NCBI GenBank assembly: GCA_002687175.1 | Contig: NYZP01000010.1 | Span: 1 to 43,880 of the forward strand | Source: Parcubacteria group bacterium | Lineage (GTDB): Bacteria > Patescibacteriota > Patescibacteriia > Buchananbacterales > UBA6539 | Length of the DNA: 43,880 nucleotides | Direction of reading: 5' to 3' | Shown: piece after piece, positions 28,095 through 35,828 of the stretch | Numbering within the stretch: the stretch's first letter is position 1 | How the letters are laid out: every line of letters begins with the position of its first letter | Notes under the pieces: model-generated | Database searches by the model: none | What the model saw: the letters and a program-made list of their open reading frames with translations, nothing else | What the model was told of the DNA's origin: nothing | Made by a program: the position numbers and the translations under genes

Positions 28095-29085
28095 GCCAAT
28101 AAATAAATCGGCAAAATTAGCTCGTAATCTATTTAACAAAAAAGATGTTAAACGTTTACCAACGCGTGATGGCTATGGTCATGGTGTATTAAAAATAGGG
28201 ACTAAAAATAATCAGGTGGTGGTACTTTGTGCTGACTTGATTGAATCAACCAGATCGCATTGGTTTAAAGAAAAATTCCCTGAACGGTATGTTGAGCTAG
28301 GAGTAGCTGAACAAAACTTAGTGGCCGTAGCCGCCGGCATGGCCATTGGCGGAAAAATTCCTTACATTACTTCTTATGCCACTTTTAGTCCTGGACGAAA
28401 TAATGAGCAGATCAGAACTTTGGCTTGCATCAGTGACTTGCCAATCAAAGTAATTGGCTCTCATGCTGGAGTATCAGTTGGACCGGATGGAGCAACTCAT
28501 CAAGCCTTAGAAGATATTGCTTTAATGCGCGTTCTACCACGGATGACCGTGCTAGTCCCTTGCGACGCAGTGGAGGCAGAAAAAGCTACTATAACAGCGG
28601 CCAGAATTAATGGCCCAGTCTACGTTCGTTTAGCTCGTGAAAAAACCCCCGTCATGACCACGTCAAAAACTTCTTTCAAGCCTGGCAAAGCCAATATTTT
28701 TTGGCGAGGGAGTGATGTCACGATTATAGCTTGTGGCCCGTTAGTCCACGAGGCACTCTTGGCTGCTAAAGTGTTGGAATCAAAAAAAATAAAAGTGGAA
28801 GTAATTAATAATTCGACAATTAAACCTTTGGACGAAAAAACAATCTTAAGTTCTGTTAGAAAAACTAAAGCTGTGGTTACGGTTGAGGAACATCAAGTTA
28901 ATGGTGGTCTAGGCAGTGCTATTGCCGAACTGCTTGGTAAAAAATTACCAACCCCAATTGAAATGATTGGCTTGCAGGATCGATTTGGTGAGTCGGGAGA
29001 ACCTGAAGAATTACTGAAACATTTTAAACTAATCAATCCTCACATAATTCAAGCAGTTAAAAAAGTAATTCGAAGAAAAAGATGA
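28093..29085 (+). CDS. transketolase, C-terminal subunit
   Basis: GVAEQN, VGPDGATHQALED, IKPLD, TVEEH..GGLG, DRFGESG. Confidence 0.95.
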   Translation: MPINKSAKLARNLFNKKDVKRLPTRDGYGHGVLKIGTKNNQVVVLCADLIESTRSHWFKEKFPERYVELGVAEQNLVAVAAGMAIGGKIPYITSYATFSPGRNNEQIRTLACISDLPIKVIGSHAGVSVGPDGATHQALEDIALMRVLPRMTVLVPCDAVEAEKATITAARINGPVYVRLAREKTPVMTTSKTSFKPGKANIFWRGSDVTIIACGPLVHEALLAAKVLESKKIKVEVINNSTIKPLDEKTILSSVRKTKAVVTVEEHQVNGGLGSAIAELLGKKLPTPIEMIGLQDRFGESGEPEELLKHFKLINPHIIQAVKKVIRRKR

Positions 29086-30062
29086 AAAAAGAATTTGATA
29101 TTATTTCGATTGGTGACTCAACCGTTGATTTTTTTTTAGATATTGAAGAAGCGTCAGTGAATTGTAAAATTGATGATAAAGATTGCCAGTTATGTTTTGA
29201 TTATGCTAATAAAGTACCCATCAAAAAAGTAACCAAAGTTTCAGGTGTTGGTAATGCTGCTAATCTTGCCGTTGGTTCATCAAGGCTTAAACTCAAAACT
29301 GCTTTATACACTATTTTAGGTAATGATGAATCAGGTCAAGAAATTTTTAATCATTTTAAAAAAGAAGGGATTAACCCAGACTACATAATATTTGATAAAA
29401 AAGGTGGGACCAATCATTCCACAGTTCTAAATTTTCAAGCTGAAAGAACTATTTTAGTATTTCACGAACATCGCAACTACCATCTACCAAAATTTGCCAA
29501 GACCAAGTGGGTCTATTTTTCTTCTTTATCAGCCGGACATGAAAAAATTCATCAACCCGTAATTAACTTGATTAAAAAAAACAAAATTAAGCTTGGCTTT
29601 AATCCCGGGACATTCCAACTTAAAGAGGGTTTAAAAGTATTAACACCGATTATGAAAGTAACGGAAGCGTTTATTCTTAATAAACAAGAAGCTCAACGTC
29701 TTTTAAAATCAAAGGAAGAAGATATTAAAAAACTTTTAGTAAAATTACATAAAGTCGGTCCCCGGATAGTAGTTATTACCGATAGCCAAAATGGGTCATA
29801 TGCTTATGATGGTCAGACAACATATTCTCAACCAATTTTTGACAGCCCCGTCGTTGAAAGGACTGGGGCTGGTGACAGCTTTTCAACAGGTTTTATCAGT
29901 GCCTTAGTTAGTGGTAATGATATACCAACGGCCATGAGATGGGGTACCGTAAATGCCTGTTCGGTGGTTCAAAAAGTTGGTGCTCAAGCAGGACTACTCA
30001 CTAGAAATGAATTAAAAAAATTACTTAAGAAATATTCAAAAGTAAAAAATAAGATTATTTAG
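29082..30062 (+). CDS. PfkB-family carbohydrate kinase
   Basis: GNAANLAVG, FNPG, ERTGAGDSF. Confidence 0.93.
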   Translation: MKKEFDIISIGDSTVDFFLDIEEASVNCKIDDKDCQLCFDYANKVPIKKVTKVSGVGNAANLAVGSSRLKLKTALYTILGNDESGQEIFNHFKKEGINPDYIIFDKKGGTNHSTVLNFQAERTILVFHEHRNYHLPKFAKTKWVYFSSLSAGHEKIHQPVINLIKKNKIKLGFNPGTFQLKEGLKVLTPIMKVTEAFILNKQEAQRLLKSKEEDIKKLLVKLHKVGPRIVVITDSQNGSYAYDGQTTYSQPIFDSPVVERTGAGDSFSTGFISALVSGNDIPTAMRWGTVNACSVVQKVGAQAGLLTRNELKKLLKKYSKVKNKII

Positions 30063-30066
30063 TATT

Positions 30067-30552
30067 CTAGTTTTGCTTAATAAGATGAGCGGAATGTAAG
30101 GCCGCCGATGTTGCTACAGAACCTGTGTTAACTCTTTCTTTGGCCTGTTCTAAATTATCAGTGGTTAAAACCCCAAAACCAATTGGTAAGTGATGTTCCA
30201 GCATCACTTTTAATATTCCTTCGGTTACTATTTTGGCCACATAATCAAAATGGGAAGTTTCTCCTCGCACCACTGCCCCTAAGGCGACCAAACAATCATA
30301 CTCCTTACTTTTAGCTAAGTGTTGGAGCATCAAAGGAATTTCAACACATCCAGCAACCTTAACCAGTTTAATATTTTTTTCAGCCACCTGATATTTTTCA
30401 AGGGCATCTTTAGCTGAATTAATTAAAGCACTGGTTATTTCCTCATTAAAATAACTGGCCACCAAGCCAACCTTATAGTCTAAGGCAACAAAAGTTTCTC
30501 CGCCAAAGACGGATCCGCCTCTGGCGGATAATTTACTTTTATCTATTTGCAT
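30067..30552 (-). CDS. ribH: 6,7-dimethyl-8-ribityllumazine synthase
   Basis: FNEEIT, VAGCVEIP, LGAVVRGETSHFDYV, PIGFGVLT; start at MQID. Confidence 0.95.
   Translation of the reverse strand: MQIDKSKLSARGGSVFGGETFVALDYKVGLVASYFNEEITSALINSAKDALEKYQVAEKNIKLVKVAGCVEIPLMLQHLAKSKEYDCLVALGAVVRGETSHFDYVAKIVTEGILKVMLEHHLPIGFGVLTTDNLEQAKERVNTGSVATSAALHSAHLIKQN
30499..30528. repeat. 30-bp double-hairpin repeat in frame within ribH
   Basis: TCCGCCAAAGACGGA + TCCGCCTCTGGCGGA; encodes SARGGSVFGG on minus strand. Confidence 0.8.
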
Positions 30553-31114
30553 ATAAATATTTGGCAATAATATCAAATTCTAAATTTACTTCTTCACCTT
30601 CTTTTTTTGATTTCAAATTAGTGTGATCTAGGGTATAGTCAATAATTGAAACGGTAAACTTATTTTCATTGACATCAATAACCGTAAGACTAACTCCATC
30701 AACAGTTATTGAACCTTTGGGTGTAATCAGATGACTAAACTCGTCAGGAAAAGAAATAGTAAAAATCTTGGTACTACCGTCTATATCAATTTTGGTAACA
30801 ATGCCAACCGCATCAACATGACCCTGCACCAAATGACCATCTAAACGATCACTTAACTTTAATGACCTTTCTAAATTAACTTCCTCGGGTACCTCTTTGC
30901 CAAAAACTGTTTTATTTTTAGTTTCTGGCATCAGTTCCGTTGTGTAGCTCTTATCGTCAACCTTTTTAACAGTTAAACAGACACCGTTGGTAGCTATCGA
31001 ATCTCCTGGTTGTAAATCCCATGACTCTGGTTTGGCAATAGTTAACACCAGCAAACCATCCTTGGTTTCTGATTTTTTAATTTGGCTAACTGATTTAATA
31101 ATTCCAGTAAACAT
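30539..31114 (-). CDS. ribE: riboflavin synthase (alpha chain)
   Basis: MFTGII start, GDSIATNGVCLTV, VNLERS, GHLVQGHVD, KGSITVDGVSLT. Confidence 0.97.
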   Translation of the reverse strand: MFTGIIKSVSQIKKSETKDGLLVLTIAKPESWDLQPGDSIATNGVCLTVKKVDDKSYTTELMPETKNKTVFGKEVPEEVNLERSLKLSDRLDGHLVQGHVDAVGIVTKIDIDGSTKIFTISFPDEFSHLITPKGSITVDGVSLTVIDVNENKFTVSIIDYTLDHTNLKSKKEGEEVNLEFDIIAKYLYANR

Positions 31115-31130
31115 ATTATGCCCCAAAATA

Positions 31131-32336
31131 TTAAGAAAGATGTCCCATTTTTTCTAATTTAGTATTTAAGTAGTTCTCATTAGCAGAATCCTTGTTAGTC
31201 CAATGAGATTGCCTTACTACTTTAATACCGCTTTGTTCAACGGCCTCAACTTTTTGTGGATTATTTGTCATCAGGGTAACCCTCTCAACGCCAAGGTCAT
31301 TTAAAATTTGACAGCCTGCGGAAAAATCTCGTTCATCAGCTTCGAAGCCTAACTTTTGGTTAGCCTCTACCGTGTCTAGCCCTTGATCTTGTAGAACATA
31401 AGCCTGCAATTTCGCCGAAAGACCAATGCCTCGACCTTCTTGATCTAAATAAACCAAAATACCAGAACCATTTTTACCAATCATTGCCATTGCTTGATCA
31501 ATTTGTGAACCACAATCACAACGCTTAGAGCCAAAGACATCGCCAGTTAAACAAGCCGAGTGAATCCGCACTGGAACTGATTTAGTAGTATTAGTAACGT
31601 CGCCTAGGGTTAAAGCTAGGTGTTCTTGATTATTTAAAATATCACGATAGAGATACAGGTCAAAATCACCATACTTGGTTGGCAAAACTGTTTTCAAAGA
31701 ATGGGTCATTTTATAATTTTCTGTTGTGATATTATTTTCTGCTTTACGATAGATGATTAAGTCAGCAATGGTAATGATACTCAAACCATAATCAATGGCA
31801 AATTTTGTAAGATTATCTCCGGTAGCCATGGTTCCGTCAGTAGCCATAATTTCACAAATAACTCCGGAATGATTCAGTCCGGCTAAAGCGGCTAAATCTA
31901 CGGCGGCTTCAGTGTGGCCAGGTCGCTTAAGTACTCCGCCTGTTTGAGCAGTTAACGTGGCGACGTGGCCAGGGCGAGTTAAATCATCAGCCGTGGTTTT
32001 TGGATCAATAGCAGTTAAAATTGTTTTGGCTCGATCATAAACTGAGATACCAGTAGTAACTCCTTCTTTGGCTTCAATAGGAATATTAAAATTAGTGTGA
32101 AATTTTGAGGTATTGTATTTAGTCAAAGGCTCTAACTCTAAATGGGCTATTCGTGCTTTAGTTAAGGCTAAACAAATTAAGCCCCGTCCGTGACTGGCCA
32201 TAAAATTTATTGCCTCGGGGGTAACCTTTTCAGCTGCGATGACTAAATCTCCCTCATTCTCTCTATTTTTATCATCAACAACAATGATCATTTTGCCATC
32301 TTTAAGGTCTTGAAGTGCTTGTTCAATAGTATTCAT
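31131..32336 (-). CDS. ribBA: bifunctional DHBP synthase / GTP cyclohydrolase II
   Basis: DDKNRENEGD, RPGH, GHTEAAVDL, RIHSACLTGDVFGSKRCDC, QEGRGIGL, TNNP. Confidence 0.97.
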   Translation of the reverse strand: MNTIEQALQDLKDGKMIIVVDDKNRENEGDLVIAAEKVTPEAINFMASHGRGLICLALTKARIAHLELEPLTKYNTSKFHTNFNIPIEAKEGVTTGISVYDRAKTILTAIDPKTTADDLTRPGHVATLTAQTGGVLKRPGHTEAAVDLAALAGLNHSGVICEIMATDGTMATGDNLTKFAIDYGLSIITIADLIIYRKAENNITTENYKMTHSLKTVLPTKYGDFDLYLYRDILNNQEHLALTLGDVTNTTKSVPVRIHSACLTGDVFGSKRCDCGSQIDQAMAMIGKNGSGILVYLDQEGRGIGLSAKLQAYVLQDQGLDTVEANQKLGFEADERDFSAGCQILNDLGVERVTLMTNNPQKVEAVEQSGIKVVRQSHWTNKDSANENYLNTKLEKMGHLS

Positions 32337-32337
32337 A

Positions 32338-33408
32338 TTAGTTATAAGGATAAGCCGTAATTAATATATTATTATCTATTTGTTCAACTTGTTTGATATC
32401 CCAATCCTTTAGGCTACTGGAATCATCAAGTGGCGGCAAAGCACCAGCTTCACCAAAAACCTTAGGTCCAATAAAAATATTTACTTTATCAATCAGTTTA
32501 TTGCGAAAAGCAGAACTTAAAATCTGATTACCCCCTTCAATCAAAATACTGGTGACGTGACGATGAGCTAACAGTTTAAATAGGGTTTTTAAATCAACTT
32601 GATTGTCTACTGATGAGACACGAATAACCTCAGCTCCTAAAATTTTATAACGTTGTTCTGTATCTAGACTCATTTTTTCAGTAGTGGCAATAATTGTTTT
32701 TCCTGGCATTGAATCTTTAAAAATATTAGAACTTAAAGGAGTGCGTCCAGTACTATCAATAATAATTCTAATTGGATGTGATGGATTAATATTTTCTAAT
32801 CTAACCGTCAATTGAGGATCATCCTTGATGATGGTATTAACCCCAACTAAAATAGCGTCGTACTCCTGACGAAGCCAATGTCCTCGTTGACGAGCAGCTG
32901 GTGTAGTAATCCACTGACGTTGACCACTGCTCGGGGCAATTTTACCATCAAGGGTCATGGCCCACTTGGCTGTAATAAACGGCAGACCGGTAGCAATATT
33001 TTTTATAAAAATTTCATTTAATTCCTGAGCCTTATTGCCTTGATCAACCAAAACTTTAATGCCAGCTTTTTCCAAATTCTTTTTGCCTTTACCATAAACT
33101 CTTGGATTAGGGTCAAGCATTGCCACCTCTACTTGTCTAACTCCGGCATTGATTATTGCTTCAGTACACGGTGGAGTTTTACCAACGTGGCAACATGGTT
33201 CAAGGTTAGTATAAAGCGTAGCTCCCACTGCCTTAGAGCCAGCCTGTTTTAAAGCAATAATTTCGGCATGGTCTTTACCGGCCTTTTGGTGCCAACCTTG
33301 TCCAACAATTTTGTCATCTTTAACCAAAACCGCTCCCACCATTGGGTTGGGGCTAACATGGCCCAAGCCATTTCTTGCCAACTTGATTGTGTAGTTTAAA
33401 TAATCCAT
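32338..33408 (-). CDS. ribD: riboflavin deaminase/reductase
   Basis: PNPMVGAV, HAE, LEPCCHVGKTPPC, AMTLDGKIA, DDPQLTVR, IEGG; start at 33408 just after the attenuator T-tract. Confidence 0.97.
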   Translation of the reverse strand: MDYLNYTIKLARNGLGHVSPNPMVGAVLVKDDKIVGQGWHQKAGKDHAEIIALKQAGSKAVGATLYTNLEPCCHVGKTPPCTEAIINAGVRQVEVAMLDPNPRVYGKGKKNLEKAGIKVLVDQGNKAQELNEIFIKNIATGLPFITAKWAMTLDGKIAPSSGQRQWITTPAARQRGHWLRQEYDAILVGVNTIIKDDPQLTVRLENINPSHPIRIIIDSTGRTPLSSNIFKDSMPGKTIIATTEKMSLDTEQRYKILGAEVIRVSSVDNQVDLKTLFKLLAHRHVTSILIEGGNQILSSAFRNKLIDKVNIFIGPKVFGEAGALPPLDDSSSLKDWDIKQVEQIDNNILITAYPYN

Positions 33409-33436
33409 AAAAAAATCCCCAAAATAAAAATGGGGC
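33409..33436 (-). terminator. riboswitch expression-platform terminator
   Basis: Minus strand CCCCA-loop-TGGGG-ATTTTTTT between aptamer and ribD. Confidence 0.65.
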
Positions 33437-33458
33437 ATTTCTAAAAACACTTGCTAAA

Positions 33459-33627
33459 AATATCTTTTACCATCCGGACTTTCTCGTTAAATATTAACGA
33501 GGTTTACCGTCGGTGCCTGAATTTCACAGGCTCAGTCCCAATTTTTTGTTGGGAGTCGTGGACTACACTCTTAAATAAATAAGAGGCTAACCACCGGTCG
33601 GGAGTTACACCCTGCCCCAAAGATATT
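33459..33627 (-). ncRNA. FMN riboswitch (RFN element)
   Basis: Minus strand ATCTTTGGGGCAGGGTGTAACTCCCGACCGGTGGT...AGTCCACGA...GTGAAATTC...CCGACGGT...AAAGTCCGGATGGTAAAAGAT, upstream of rib operon. Confidence 0.96.
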
Positions 33628-33733
33628 GTTGTATTAATAGCTTACCATAAACTTTTAAAAATGCAAGGTGGCTTAAATGATAATAAATATAAAATATGGT
33701 ATAATTTATTTATATAATAATAACTTTAAAAAT

Positions 33734-34186
33734 ATGCAAAAACTTTTCGCTTTCGAAAAAAAACATGCTGCGGTTAAACTGCTTCTCTTGCGCCTGGTGA
33801 TTGGCGCTATTTTTATTGCCCACGGCACCGCTAAGTGGGGAATGTGGCAGGCATCACCGTCTGAACAACTACCAGCGGCAATGATGTGGACTCTTAGGGC
33901 TCTGTCAATTGTTGAACCAATTGCTGGTGTCGCCATGATTTTAGGCTTATTTGTGCCAATTTTTTCGATTGTTTTAGCGTTAATTATGGTTGGTGCAACC
34001 TATTTTAGCATTACCAAATTTGGTAAACCATTCACTGGTGGCTGGGCCTATGAACTGTTAATATTAGTTTCCTCGTTAGTATTAGCCTCACATGGTGGTG
34101 GTAAATTTTCTTTAGATGAAATGATGGCTAATAAAAAATCAGCAAGTGTGTCAAATCAAAATCAAGCGGCTACTCCAACAACTTAA
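33734..34186 (+). CDS. DoxX-family membrane protein
   Basis: LLLRLVIGAIFIAHG..K, GWAYELL, GGGKFSLD. Confidence 0.9.
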   Translation: MQKLFAFEKKHAAVKLLLLRLVIGAIFIAHGTAKWGMWQASPSEQLPAAMMWTLRALSIVEPIAGVAMILGLFVPIFSIVLALIMVGATYFSITKFGKPFTGGWAYELLILVSSLVLASHGGGKFSLDEMMANKKSASVSNQNQAATPTT

Positions 34187-34206
34187 AAATAATCAAACAG
34201 TTAGCC

Positions 34207-34620
34207 ATGGTATCAATTTGGATTTTCCCTTTTGCCGTTATTGGTTTTATTATTTCTTTTTATATCTTCTTCAAAAAAAGCCGTCAGGAAAGTTTAGTTT
34301 GTTTTACCGGACAAGATTGTAACTTAGTAGTTGATAGTAAATATAATAAAATATTTGGTTTTCCTAATGAGATTTTAGGGATGCTTTACTACTTATTAGT
34401 TGTTGGCTTTATAATTTTAGGGTTAGAAGGAGTTACTGAAGTTGCTAATTTCTCACTTTCTTTAATTTTAGTATTTATTGCGACTGTTGCCGCTGGCTTT
34501 TCTATTTTTTTGATTTATGTTCAGGCTCTTGTTTTAAAACATTGGTGTGAATACTGTATTGCTACGGCGATAACAACCATTGCCATCTTTATAATTGAAC
34601 TATTTCATTTATATGGCTAA
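34207..34620 (+). CDS. vitamin K epoxide reductase (VKOR) family protein
   Basis: CFTGQDC..V..SKY..IFGFPN, WCEYC. Confidence 0.92.
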   Translation: MVSIWIFPFAVIGFIISFYIFFKKSRQESLVCFTGQDCNLVVDSKYNKIFGFPNEILGMLYYLLVVGFIILGLEGVTEVANFSLSLILVFIATVAAGFSIFLIYVQALVLKHWCEYCIATAITTIAIFIIELFHLYG

Positions 34621-35581
34621 AGCTAAAATATTTGTTACAAGAAAAATTCCTAATTCTGGCATTAAACTTCTTAAGCAAAAAGGCTACCAAGTAAAAGTTA
34701 GTAATGTTGATCGAGTGTTAACTAAATCTGAAATTAAAAAAGGCATCAAAGGAGCTGATGCCATACTTTGTTTGTTAACCGATGACATTGATGGTGACAT
34801 CATGGATGCCGCTGGCCCAAAACTAAAAATTATTGCTAACTACGCAGTTGGCTATAACAACATTGATGTTGCCGCGGCTAAAAAAAGAAAAATTTTAGTT
34901 ACCAATACCCCTGGCGTGTTAACAGATACCGTTGCCGAATTTGCATTTAGTTTAATGTTAACGATCAGTAAAAGAATTGTTGAGGCGGATACTTTCACCA
35001 GACAAAAAAAATATGAGGACTGGGCACCAATGCTTTTCTTAGGCAGTGATTTAAAAAATAAAACTTTAGGTATTGTTGGACCTGGCCGAATTGGTTCGGC
35101 CTTAGCCGAAAGAGCCATGCGCGGTTTAAGGATGAACATTGCGTATACCGCGACTAAAAAAAATGAACAGTTTGCTAAAAAGTTTAAAGCCAAATATTTT
35201 AATCTTAATAACTTATTAAAAAAAGCTGACGTGGTTAGTTTACACGTTCCACTTCTTCCTTCAACGAAACATTTAATTAGTACTAAACAATTTAAGTTGA
35301 TGAAAAATAGTGCTTACCTGATCAATACCTCACGTGGACCAGTGATTAATGAGAGAGCATTAGTTAAAGCTCTAAAAAATCAAGAAATTAGAGGAGCTGC
35401 TTTAGATGTATTTGAATTTGAACCTAAACTGACTGCTGGGCTTACTAATCTAAGAAATGTGGTTATTACTCCACATATTGCATCTGCCACTGAAGAAACC
35501 AGGAGCAAAATGTCAGAAATGGCAGCCTTGAATATTATTGCTGTGTTAAGCAAAAAATCACCACCAAATCCTGTTAATTAG
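34613..35581 (+). CDS. D-2-hydroxyacid dehydrogenase (glyoxylate reductase / D-glycerate dehydrogenase)
   Basis: AVGYNNID, NTPGVLT, GPGRIG, INTSRG, LDVFEFEP, TPHIASAT. Confidence 0.95.
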   Translation: MAKAKIFVTRKIPNSGIKLLKQKGYQVKVSNVDRVLTKSEIKKGIKGADAILCLLTDDIDGDIMDAAGPKLKIIANYAVGYNNIDVAAAKKRKILVTNTPGVLTDTVAEFAFSLMLTISKRIVEADTFTRQKKYEDWAPMLFLGSDLKNKTLGIVGPGRIGSALAERAMRGLRMNIAYTATKKNEQFAKKFKAKYFNLNNLLKKADVVSLHVPLLPSTKHLISTKQFKLMKNSAYLINTSRGPVINERALVKALKNQEIRGAALDVFEFEPKLTAGLTNLRNVVITPHIASATEETRSKMSEMAALNIIAVLSKKSPPNPVN

Positions 35582-35828
35582 TTAGAATTTAAATATCTGG
35601 AAATTTACTAATTTTCTAGATATTTTTTTATTATTTTAATCTAACAAATCAAGTCTTTTACTCAAAAGAGCTAGGTTGACAAACTTTTAAAATAGTGGTA
35701 AAAAATAATACTGAACTTTGACAATTAGGAGAGAAAAAATAACGCCTTAGAAAGAGGCGTTTTGCTCGTATAGAGAGAAAATTGAAGATTTGAAATGGTA
35801 GGTAACTGTAAAAATAGGAGGAGTTACA

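Noticed and set aside
33409-33450. Longer ribD start at 33450
   Set aside because: The extension covers the riboswitch terminator; ATG 33408 fits RibD length.
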